Source of the DNA: Haliotis cracherodii
Taxonomy: Eukaryota
Assembly (NCBI RefSeq): GCF_022045235.1
Contig: NW_027266308.1
Coordinates: forward strand, 31,682,001 to 31,746,000
Reading direction: 5' to 3'
Length of the DNA stretch: 64,000 bases
The position numbers and the translations under genes are program-made. Below are positions 1 through 11,580 of the stretch, in pieces; positions within the stretch are counted from its first letter, which is position 1; each line of letters starts with the position of its first letter. The notes under the pieces are model-generated. The model ran no database searches. It had not been told where the DNA came from and saw only the letters and a program-made list of their open reading frames with translations.

Positions 1-1210
1 GTAGCCCACTCGGCCTACAAAAAGCCAACTGCTGCAACGTCTGGGATTGTGGTTGACGTCGGCGTAGTCGTCAGGTGCTCTATCTGGTTCAAATCCGGGA
101 ATCTGGAGGAAAAGGGGAGAACATCAACATTGTTGTTGTGTAAACAGGTTCCTGTGATCCGTGCTGTATGCGGTTGAGCGTTGTCCTGCTGGAATACACT
201 GTTGCTGTTGGCTGCAATTAGGAGGACGCGTGGTAGGAGAATTTCGTTGATGTGTCGTTGAGCCGTAAGATTGCCCTAGATATGGACCAAACCTGTCCTG
301 CCATGATGAGAGATAGCCGCCCACACCATAACTCTACTCCCACCAAACCTGTCCACTACCTATACGCAGTTTCCTGCGTAACGTTCTCCCCGACGTCTGT
401 AGACCCGTGCTCTTCCATCCCCTCGACGGAGGAGAAATCTTGATTCGTCGCTGAACCAGACATGTCTCCATCGCAGTTGAGGCCATACCCTGTGTTGACG
501 ACACCATTGTCCACACCAAAGGACGATGTTGTCAACTCAATATGACGTGTCGAACAGGACGTCTTGCTCGTAGACCTGCTGCTCTTAAAAGGTTTCGTAC
601 GGTTTGGTCGGAGATTCTGAGCAGTTTAGGTATTTGGGATGCGGTTGAGGTGGCTGTGGTCGTCCTTTCACGTAGGTGGCGCAGTCGGGTGTAGCGATCT
701 TGGGCGGGGGTGGTTACTCTTGGTCGTCCCGACCTTGGCCAATCACGTGTTGACCCATGCTGTTGAAACCGATCCCATACCCTTGTGATGGTGCTGGGCG
801 CTGCATTAAAAACCCTGGCTACAGCTGATCGGGATTCCTCTGCCTGCAAGCGGCCTATGCCGTTGTTTCTTTTGCACTTCCGTTAATCTTGGCATGTTCT
901 TGAACTGTCACTATTCGATTTAAGTAGATGCCAGGCAATCCAAAACCCTGCCTTTTAATACCATTCATAGTGCTGCTGCACGTGCAGTACGTGCAGCTCC
1001 ATGGCATTTTTGTTAATGCACTTGGTGCGTTTTTCCGAGTCGTACTTGTTTCCCGAGTAATGATTTGCATGTTCTTGTTGTGATTATTTTGATCCGGGAA
1101 ATTTGTCACTGACACTATAACACATGAAATTATTTTGAACCTCTTGGTCAGCTAATTTTGCTTTTATGGCCAGAAATATCCGTATTGCGCTTCTTTTTTT
1201 TAAAGAGTAT
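1..1210 (-). mobile_element. Decayed Tc1-like DNA transposon, truncated by the window edge
   Basis: ORF 532-849(-) has the Tc1 paired-like HTH (VARVFNAAPSTITRVWDRFQQHGSTRDWPRSGRPRVTT...ISDQTVRNLLRAAGLRARRP). Frameshifted VWFSDESRF lies near 435-460. A Tc1-like terminus TTTTTAAAGAGTATA is at about 1196-1210. Confidence 0.85.
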
Positions 1211-1458
1211 ACTACACTGAACTTAATCATATGCATTGGTGATATCGATATACATATGTGGTAGACATTATCACATTAGCGGTATGATTAGCATACATTT
1301 CATTGAGTATGTCACTGTTGGAATCATCAAAACGTAACCAATTTGTCATTCTGGAGAGTTGGGTCTCACGCTTTTGTTTGTGTATAATCATGACATACGA
1401 GTAAATCATTCTGTTTTATCGAAACATTTATTACGTTTTGTGTACATTGTCTTACATT

Positions 1459-2739
1459 TTTTGGCAACGGTCATTTTGGCATCTACAAGGCGAAAATGCA
1501 AAACATGAATTTGTATGGGGAGGTTAAAGCATTAATTATATAGAAAAGGGTAATCTAATGTTGCACGTGTTCCTTATGATAGATTCAAGTGAATTACATA
1601 TATACAGAAGGCCATGTGTACCTGGTTCTAGTTGTAGTTCTGGGGGTTACAGTTGTCTTCGGTTATGTGACGATTGATTTATTAAATACATTATTGTGAA
1701 ATATGTTCTCAATTGACGAAGATCTCTAAGCGTATTTTAGCATTAAAGGATATCATGAGTGAGTGACCCCGTCTTGAGTGAGTGAGTTGGGGTTAACGCC
1801 GCTTTGAACAGTATTCCAGTTATATCACGGCGTGTCAGCTTAATGTGGGAGGAAAGCCCGAAGTGATGCAGGTCTCAGACGTTTACCACTTTGGTGAAAC
1901 CCACGAGCACGTGTATGGTGCTGACAAACCTAGAAACATCAGGGCGAACCGGGATTCGAACCCACAACCATAGGTTTCTGGCGTGCCCAAAGGACGCAAC
2001 TCTGCACAGCGAATCGCGGCGCCTTAGACAACTGGGCCACCTGTGCCCCCGACCCCGTCTTGAACAGTATTAATGGAATAGGACGAAACTCTGACACAAC
2101 CAACACGTCTCATTATCGCACATTTTGAGGTTTTTTAATTTAACTTTTTAGATGATGCGACATTGCACAATGTCACGGCGTTGCTTTGTAGTTCTTTATT
2201 TAAATATAAATAATAATACCCAAAGTGCCACAATGCGACAACTTGTTAAATTGTAATGCTTTGGTTATTTATGTCAATTTTTGCTGTTTTGTAATTGTAA
2301 CAACATCGATTTTCATGTTTTAGCTATGTGCCTTATATAATTTATGGTCCACTATGTAGTGACAATAGTAAAGGTGTTAAAACATACCTGTTTTTTTTTT
2401 TATCTTAGTTGTAGCTCGCCAGAAATGAGAATGAATGTTGGCATTGGTAATTTTCTCTCTTCTTTACTCTAGTCTGTGGTAAATATTCACATGTTGAAAC
2501 CACGCAGCTGATGCTGTTGAAACTTTGCATCGATGATCTTGGTATTGATGTCTACATAAATATGATCCTAATTTAAGAGAAATAATCTTTAATAATTTAA
2601 TCATTTGCATCATTGGGAACTTGGTGATATGGTATACAAATGGACGTTATTACCCTTTCTTCATTTTTAATGCTTCAACCTTTCCATACAAATTCATGTT
2701 TTGCATTTTCGCCTTGATGCTAAAATGACCGTTGCCAAA
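1459..2739. repeat. Pair of ~90-bp inverted repeats (1459-1553 and 2649-2739), possible non-autonomous TIR element
   Basis: TTTGGCAACGGTCATTTTGGCATC..GGCGAAAATGCAAAACATGAATTTGTATGG is the reverse complement of 2668-2739 with few mismatches. Confidence 0.65.
1776..2050 (-). mobile_element. tRNA-derived SINE, family B (~280 bp, (CTCA)n tail)
   Basis: B-box GGTTCGAATCCC on the minus strand and TSD GACCCCGTCTTGA (1765-1777 / 2051-2063). Near-identical to 16945-17220 and 25582-25862. Confidence 0.85.
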
Positions 2740-2913
2740 TCCCACACAGAATTACAATAATATTAGATTTTCGAAACTAGCACCGCTTTTAATCCACACC
2801 TAACACCTCTCTTATTGAGTTATCGGAATGTACGCGTCCTCAGTGTAGCTACGTGAATTAAATATATTGTAAACCTTGAACAAGTGAAAGCATATGTTGG
2901 TGAACCTTTTCAG

Positions 2914-5900
2914 CCACTGGGACAAAACACCTCTACATAACTGAGAATGAGAACACTTGGTGGGAAGCTAGAAAAAACTGCAAAACGGAGCTTCAGAGTG
3001 ATCTGTACATTGTTGATACAGAACCCCTTCCTTCAGTCCTGGATGAGTTTCTTAACAACAACACATTCTACTGGGTAGGAGCCATGAGGTATTCAACATG
3101 GATATGGACAGGTGACTACTATGACGTGGAATCCATACATATGACAGTGGTGACAATAATAACACTCGTGTATGCATATATGTATATATGTTACAAGAAA
3201 TATGTATCATCAAGGAATATGTGTATTCCCTGAATATATCTAATGTCTGATTCACTCAGGGAAATTACATAATCCCTATTTATTCTGGTATTATACATAT
3301 TCCCTGATTTAACATCATGTTTCTTAGACATATTCCCTGAAATTACTTTTGAGGCTGTCATTTTGTCAAACTTGATATAAAAAAATCGAGAAGGCAAATT
3401 TATTTGACATGATAACAAATACCTTTTACTTAACTTAACAATTAGTCTTAACTGTAATCAAAACATAGGATAGAAATGAGGTTAAAATACTCAATATGAA
3501 TGCAACACCTCCCTCCTCTCAAGCATCACTGGATTTATATCTTTGACGCAGTCGCAAAGAATAAAGACAAGATTTACTGTAGTTGTTGTAACAACTCATG
3601 GTTATCATTGCCTTCAAAGAATCAGTGTTAGCATATGAAGTACAAACATATTTTAAAAACAAACGAGTTTGCAGCTGCAACAACTTGCGAAATTCAGGGT
3701 ATAAAACTGCCGACATTATGTATTACCTCACATTTTCAAGATGGAGTTAAAGGAAAATTTTCGAAAAAAAAAGTACAAGAGCTATTGTTTGTTAAGTCTA
3801 TCCTATGTTTGATGTAGCATTGTTTTGATTACAGTGAAGAGTCTGACTAATTGTTAAGTTGAGTGAAAGGTATTTGTTATCATGTCAAATACATTTGTCT
3901 TCTCATAAATAATTTGTTTTTTTTTAATCAGGTTTGACTATATAAGAGCCTCCAAAGTAATTTCAGGGCATATGTCTAAAAAAACCTTGATGTTAAATCA
4001 GGGAATATGTATAATACCTGAAATTTTTCGGGATTATGTATATTCCCTGAGTAAATCAGACATTATATATATTCCCTGAAAATTTCAGGGATTACACATA
4101 TTCCCTGATTATACATAGTCCCTGTAACATATATATCACCAAGGTGATCGTAAGAGACGACCAAACATATCGGGTGGTCAGGCTCGGTGACTTGGTTGAT
4201 TGCGTGTCATCGTACCCCGACGGCGTGGATCGTTGCTTACAATATCGACTACTGGATTGTCTGGTCAAGACTCCTTTATTTAAAGGCCGCAGTTGTATAT
4301 TTTATATTGCTGAGTTAGGCGTTAAACAACAAACAAACAATGAACATGTACTCGACTCTCTGGTTTTCTCTTTCTAAAGATGTTGTATATTTGTTTGATA
4401 TTACAGCAGATGATACCCCGCTTTACAGTTATGTCGGTTACACTAAACCAGGTTCAAACCCCAAATACTTGCTCGATAACTCTGTGTACGAGTGTCATCT
4501 TGCATGTAGAAACAAGGACAGAACGTTTGGGCTGAGCGTAAGATTCATCTTTTTTGTTTTTGGTTCGTGTGTCACTAATACTGTTTAAAGAAATACATTT
4601 AATGGAACTTTTAGCTGCGTTGTCATCCTTTCATAAGGGAACGAAACTGATAACTGAAGCATGAGAAAAAACCCAATGACTTCATTATTATACAAAGTAT
4701 CGTTCAAGCAAAGCACTATTTTATTAAGAGAATCGCCTTTCGATAAAATTACATCAGGTGTCATAAAGGTTTTCTGACTACAGTTAATAGTTAATGTTTC
4801 TTGTTGTATTTAGGGCAACAAATGCTATTGTCATAACGAGACACATGCAGCTACAGCTCCCACTGCAGTAGGGATGCAGTGTCCGGGCAACCTAGATGAA
4901 ATGTGTGGCGACGAAGATGTGATGTCAGTCTACACACTTGGTGCTGGTATGTGCGTCCCAACACGGTGTACACTGCCTGTATAGTTGTTACAGCGTCATG
5001 GTGCTCGTAAACGCTTGTTAGAGATTTTTTTAACTATAATATCTATTTCGCGCCAGTAGAAGGATTACGTATATGCTATTTTGTTGATATATCGTTTCCT
5101 TAAAGTTATGACAATGATATTTTGTTTCAGGAAACTTTCGATTTACACCGACACAACATGGGGCATGTGCTTATGCGATGGTCAATGACCCAATCTCAGT
5201 ATACCTCAACCATTACCGCAATTGTTTAACACAAAAGAGGATAATCCCATGTTATGAAAACAGTAAGTATGGACTAGGTCATACACTAACTACAAATCAG
5301 TAACCACTATACATCATATCGACAACACAAGTATTTTTTTCAATTTCGCTTGCTTCTTCAAAACGAATATTCTATACAAAGTGAAAAGAATTGCATGTAA
5401 ATTAAAAAAAGACCTAATGGGGAAGACTTCCAAAACTTGTTAAAAATTCAATCAGAATCATAGACCATTACTTTCAAGATCTAGTGTGAGGTAGTGTGAG
5501 GTTTGCATGATGAATATTCAATGAATATTTCAAACATTTTCTCCTTTCCCCTTTCTCCCAAAATATCGTTTTTATGCAGATTTCATAGTATGCCATTTGG
5601 TTAGGGTGATAAAATTAGGGTAAGGGTTACCTTTTCGCATTGTATTATGGATGAAAAAACTAACGCAGTCTGTATTGGTGGCCAAACCATATTAACTCCT
5701 GAACCTGAAAGGTAATAAACATAGACGCATCTAACTAAAATATCTCGAAAACTGGCTCTGATAACATAAAAACCCGACATAATCTCAATCTGGAGTTTTC
5801 TGATTTTTCCGACTTTGATCATGAACTTGGCAAAAAAAATGTCCCAGTCAACCAGACACGCATATGGGGGTTTGGGAATGTAGCTATGTTCTTCAATCAG

Positions 5901-8900
5901 TCAGTCCATGTACCACCCGTGTGTCATCTACTTTGTTTAGTTAATGTCAGCACTCACATTATGCTACATGTTCTCTATATCTGTGTTGTAGTATCGCAAG
6001 AAAGCAACTGTAATGGGGGCGTTTGTGTTTCCATACAAGACATCCAACAGTCATGGGTACAGGCGTATGACAAATGTCCTATAGTCAAACTGGACAATTC
6101 TACCACATGGTATCTCAAGAAACACATTCATTCAGGAGATCGGATTTGGATTGGTCTCGCATTTAAGGTCTCAAGGAAATGGATCAATGGTAGGTTCCCC
6201 CAGTTTTGCTCTTGTCCACCTGTCAATGTTAACAGTAAGATCATGGAACATGCAATTTATAACAGAATTGTATATTTATTTCAAATTATTCTTGGGGGGT
6301 ACATATCTTGACATATATGAACAACAATGCGGAAATTGCAATAAAACTCCTCAAGGTTCTTCTTACATTATTTTGACATAAATATGAGAAAGAAACAGGA
6401 CAAAACATTGCATTTGTTTCTTAAATGACAAATACAGTCTCTGATCTGTATCTTAATAGTGACAGATTTAGAATCTATTGTTATATGACGTCATTTAGTT
6501 TATGACACCATGTCGGTTGGATTGACTTTGATGCACCCACTGACGCCATAAGGCCAAATCTAACCATCAACAAAGAAGGCGTTCTTCTAAGCAGTCAAAC
6601 AACTTTCGGAGGGGTGGGGTGGGGGAGGTTACTGGGTAGAGTGTGAGATGTCCCACTTGCTCGGCAGATCAGAGAATTACATTTATTAACCTTTCTCAGA
6701 GTGTATAAAATGTGATTCTTGGTCTTATTATGTTCAGGACAATATGTTCAGTTCAGAGAACGCTACCGATATTGAAATGTTCCGGGTGAGTGTACATACA
6801 CATTATAGGTGTAAATATTTATGTATGGTAGCAAATAATATATTCCTTAAAGTTTGCAATGATTTGTGAAACCACAGTTATGTGTATCTGTGATATGTGC
6901 CTTAGATACGAATAGAATGCATTTGTAGAATGAGCCGGGGACAGTCTAGATATATACTCACAACAATGCACAATGACGTTTTCATCGCGGTTTAAATCAC
7001 TTTTCTCTTCCTATTCCCGTTGGCTTTCCTGTTATGGTAACTATATAGTTGTAGTTGTACATTACTCCGACCCTGTGAGAAAATAATAAGATGCATATCT
7101 AGTATAAGCCACATGAACAGCCGACAGACGCAGGAACTATAACAAAAATATATTTGTTAAATTGAGGATTTGTTTAACAGACAAAACATATATTTTAAAT
7201 ATTAGTAGATCCCAAGTGGTGTTCAAAGATACGTGGATATCATTGGACTCTTATGAATGGGGATAGCTAGGATTACAGAAACACACAAATAATTGTGTTT
7301 CCATGGATTTAAAGTTTTTTTCTAAAGTTGTTGTTAGTTTTGAAGCCTATTCTCAAAGGTATTAAATGCGTTTTCTATTTGGCCAGTAAGCCGCTAAGAG
7401 TTACTGTGAGTAACGTTTTACCATTTGTTGGGATAGATCGGTTTACATAAATTTATACGTCTCGAGTTTGGTTCTAAAGTTGTTGTTAATTTCAAAACCA
7501 ACTCCCAGAGGCATTAAATGCGTTTTCTATTTGGCCATAAGTCGTCAAGAGTTACTGTCTACTGGAAATGATCGAAAAGTGACGTACTAAGGGCTTGATG
7601 ATGATGATAATGTTGATGTTGGAGATTTAACGAGCACTTTCGGTTGAACCGATTTCGCACTCGGATGTTCGTAAAGTGCTGTGACATTGCGCTTTTATAG
7701 ATAACCCTGACGTCACGTCAATCACGTAACAAAACTGACAGAGACTTATTCGATTGACGAAAAACACATAAAAATGAAATATAATTAGGGTGAAGCGCTT
7801 TAATGCTTAATTTCACTGTGTTTGAATACATTTCATTCACGTTATCAGAAAATACCCTATGGCGACTTCCGACGAACTTCGCAGTCGATATGTTATCGAC
7901 CCAATGAACAGTTCTCTCGTAAGCCTAGGTCGTGAGAATTAAAAAGTTATCTCGTAAGCTTAGGATGTTGGAATTAAACAGTTCTCTCGTAAAGCTGAGA
8001 TGTCAGAATTAAACAGTTCTCTCGTAAGCCTAAGATGTGGGAATTAAAGAGCTCTCCTGTAAGCCTAAGATGTGGGAATTAAACAGTTATCTCGTTACCC
8101 TAAGATGTTGGAATTAAACAGTTCTCTCGTAAACCTAAGATCTGGGAATTAAACAGTTCTCTCATAAACCTAAGATGTGGGAATGAAACAGTTCTCTCGT
8201 AAACCTAAGATCTGGGAATGAAACAGTTCTCTCGTAAACCTAAGATCTGGGAATGAAACAGTTCTCTGGTAAGCCTAGGATGTGGGAATGAAACAGTTCT
8301 CTCGTAAGCCTAAGATGTGGGAATTAAACAGTTCTCTCGTAAACCTAAGATGTGGGAATGAAACAGTTATTTCGCAAACCTAAGGTGTGCGTATTAAACA
8401 GATTTCCCGTAATCATAAGGTGTGGGAATACAACAGCTCTTTCGTAAGCCTTAATTGTGGGAATTAAGTAGCTGTCTCATAAGCATACTGTATGGCAAAT
8501 TCATTTACATCAATTAATGTTCATCAATCCATTAAATTGCCAGGTTTCCGATACATATGTTTATATAGCTACAAAACAACACAAATGGTTTGCTAAATAT
8601 GATATGCTAAAATATTTTTTTAAAATGACAACTTGGAGATCGTCGATTACAATCGTAATTCAGCATGCGTGCATACATAATAACCTGATGAAAAATAGTC
8701 CTCATACGTCGTTACAAACAATAAGGAACAATAACCTGTGACCTCCGGGGCCAGCTCGCATGATACTGCAGCGTGTTACTATTATAGAGTGTGTTACAAA
8801 GCATTCATGCATGGCATTGAAGCAGTATGAATGAGATCATTAGAGGATCAAGTTGATTGTTTATTAGTATATTAACGACTTTTCTTCACTTTAAACTTGA

Positions 8901-11580
8901 TTGGAATATACATGGTCAAAGATGGTACTCATAAATCCTACAATTACTTTTCGTACATGTATGTTTCAAGGAAAAGACGCCAATGGATATGAGGATTACT
9001 ACCCGTTCATAAACTCACCTATACAAATGTGCCTTGCTTTGAAAAACGATGGAGCAAGGAAGCTGTACTGGGTACCGTGCTCTCTACACCTTAGTTCTAT
9101 TTGTGAAGGTAATAATTATGAGAAACTTGTACCATATGTTCAAGTGGTTTTATATTATGTAAACAATTGACTTGCCTTTGCATGTGTTTTGAGAGGTGCA
9201 GGATACGCTAATCTTTTCCCTACCACCTGGCATCATCACTATTTGGTAGTGATTCTTAAACACATGCTCATGATATACTGGGACTCGTACAATGGACTCT
9301 TCTTTTTGCAGACTGAGGAAAGGGCTCTGTCGCTTTTATTACCAAGATAATCAGAATACCATTAAGTAGAGCATGTGTGATCATGATTAAATGATAAAAC
9401 ATCATTTCAATATAAGTAGAAAGGCCACCAAATATTTTCTCACGGTTAAGGATGCGATTATTTTGTGTATGATAACGTCTATTCTGGATCTGTTCTCACT
9501 CAAAGTCACTGTCAGTCTTGCCACAGTTTTGCCACAAATCCAAATGACCTGTCCCTTTAATATATCTTCCTTTATCTAAATTATGCCAGTGAGTAGATGC
9601 TTTTTCCTGACAAAATGGTTGGCTTAAGGCCCTACCAGATGTCAACATTTAGTATGTGAGGGTAGCATTCTTCGTAAGTCTTTGTGGGTCCAATAGATAT
9701 GCCCATCAACAAATACATTCTTAAGAAAGGCTCTATTTCTTTGACAACAATGGAAAGGTATTCCTGCAATGAATGTGACATAGTGTTGTATCATTGGCAT
9801 AACTGTCGCTATGTATCTACTTGCCGCATGTATTTCACACTTCCGCAGTGGTATTACTGAACATTCTGTGACTATAATTGATCTCATGTGTTTATATCCA
9901 GTTTTCTTTTACATCCTCATCTTAGCTCCAACGTCGTCAACAACACTAGGATCGTCAAACGGAGGTATTTCTACTGAGGGTCAAGTCTCAAACCAGGATG
10001 ATGGAGTTGGTCAATCTGATACACAGACTGGTAAGCATCCACAACAGAAACCGATCCCTATCATTGTCCCATAGATATCCTCAAAGCAACAAAATTAAAA
10101 TAATGTTGAGTAAATTTAACACTTTTATTAATTTGTACAGTATATGTTTATTTCTAGGTCTGTACATAGGACTGGCTGCAGGCAGTTGTATCCTTTTGCT
10201 GATTATCATCGCTGTAGTCTGCTTTGTGCGAAGGTGAGATGTCAAACAGGCACTTCTTTCAACATTTTACAACTACTATTGATGCAAAATGTTAAGTGTA
10301 AAGGTGTCTTTCCATCTTTGAAAAAGTGATTTCTGAAATAAGACATGTTCTATATATATCATTTATCTTCCTTACATTTTATCCTAAAAAAGTCATGTGT
10401 CCATCATTTATCCTTCTGTAGCCTGCATCAATGCGTCGGTACTGTACATCAAAATTGATATGTTACACATCACGTGCTAAGTCCAGAAGAAAACATTATA
10501 AATAAACACACAGCACTACCTTAGTGATTCACACAGCAGTTACTCACAAAACGATCAGCAGTGAACAGGTAGGGTGGTGACTTATGCAGTGTTAACAGTC
10601 ACTACTGTGACAGCTGACCAATACAAAAATACTCCCCTTGGCACGCTTCATGGCCCTGTGGGGAATCCCTGTAAGAGGAGCAAACTAAAATGGGGATCAG
10701 ATGTCAGGCTCTATTGTTTTTTATATGTCAAATTATTCAATATGGTTGCTCATGCTATTACTTACTAATTTGCCATGCCCAGACATGTAATTTACAGGCA
10801 GCATTTATATAGCTTTTTGCTGTCTGCGGCTTTCAACAATATGCACTCACTCACAGAGGGTGCAGAAGTGCCAGAAACGTATGAACGTTGGTGGAAATCT
10901 CTAGGTTCTTCGGCACGATAGCTATGTTCGTGGGTTTCACTAAAGTAGTATATGTCAAGCCGTGCATCATGTTGGACTATCCTCCTACATCAAACTGACA
11001 AGCAGTGATATAACTATAACGGTTATAACGCAAACCTACTCCCTAACTATTGGAACGTATTAACTATTTATTTGTTACATATATCATTTTGATAAGCCTA
11101 TTTTACAGGCGACGAAAAATCCGTTTGGAAATAACAGATGAACAGAGGATCTTCAACACGGCCACAGAAAACATGACCTATGATATCGATGTACCAAGAG
11201 ACAATGAAGCAATTTCTGTTTCCCCAGACTTCACTCCTGTCCCAAAGGCGACAGTTAATCCCACCACCCACACTGAGAAAGCCTACATGAACCATCCTGG
11301 GACTAATGTTGAGAGTGAATACAACTATGACCACGTGGATGCGACAGAGGGAAACTACGACACCGTGCAGCAAGGGGGAAACGCGAGAACGGTAGATGAG
11401 TCGTATAGTCGCATAGGCAAGATAAACAAGAAGTTTGAAGAAGGTGCCTATGATACCACAAATACTGGGTTGGTTGTGAACAGGTTTGATGACACCTACA
11501 GCCATACGTCTGAGTCCGATAACAAAACTTCTGATTACTGTAATACAAGATCTGTTGTCAGAGATGATCTGATGTGTTAA
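2914..11580 (+). CDS. Receptor gene 1: CTLD-half/WSC/CTLD-half/CTLD/stalk/TM/Tyr-rich tail, 5' leader exon missing
   Basis: Phase-compatible GT-AG exons 2914-3111, 4407-4537, 4814-4946, 5131-5262, 5992-6189, 8971-9108, 9926-10030, 10158-10233, 11109-11580 form one open frame of about 526 aa. Motifs include TWWEARKNC..YWVG..WIW, SVYECHLAC..GLSGNKCYC..CPGNLDEMCG..SVY, WIGL, WVPC..ICE and TM IGLAAGSCILLLIIIAVVCFV. Exon-by-exon homology to genes 2 and 3. Confidence 0.85.
3184..4134. mobile_element. Foldback/MITE-like element with ~190-bp TIRs in a gene 1 intron
   Basis: 3184-3370 is the reverse complement of about 3935-4134, with internally repetitive TTCCCTGA/TCAGGGAA units and TA-rich flanks. 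The orthologous intron in genes 2 and 3 is only about 120-140 bp. Confidence 0.7.
4147..4340 (+). mobile_element. SINE-like repeat, family C (GTCGTAAGAGGCGAC...GGCGTTAAACAACAAAC)
   Basis: Homologous to 26397-26640, 57693-57888, 21890-22085(-) and 63795-64000(-). Confidence 0.7.
7909..8485. repeat. 35-bp minisatellite, about 16 copies, in a gene 1 intron
   Basis: Unit CAGTTCTCTCGTAAACCTAAGATGTGGGAATTAAA repeated head-to-tail with 35-nt period (e.g. 8119, 8154). Confidence 0.95.

Noticed and set aside
1608-1661. Hydrophobic AG/GT-bounded segment (EGHVYLVLVVVLGVTVVF) as the gene 1 signal-peptide exon
   Set aside because: No ATG, weak donor and no homology to the MWTARLL leader of the other copies. 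The true leader is probably upstream of the window, though this is not fully excluded.
5598-5632. TTAGGG-like motifs
   Set aside because: Only two or three imperfect units, not an interstitial telomere array.
7320-7558. Local ~88-bp direct duplication in a gene 1 intron
   Set aside because: Diverged two-copy intronic repeat with no evident function.
7909-8485. 35-bp repeats of CRISPR-repeat length
   Set aside because: Head-to-tail with no unique spacers, no cas genes, and located in a eukaryotic intron. It is a minisatellite.
11098-11548. Antisense ORFs over the tail exons (also 24417-25109 and 42044-42683)
   Set aside because: Shadows of the + strand coding exons, with no independent features.
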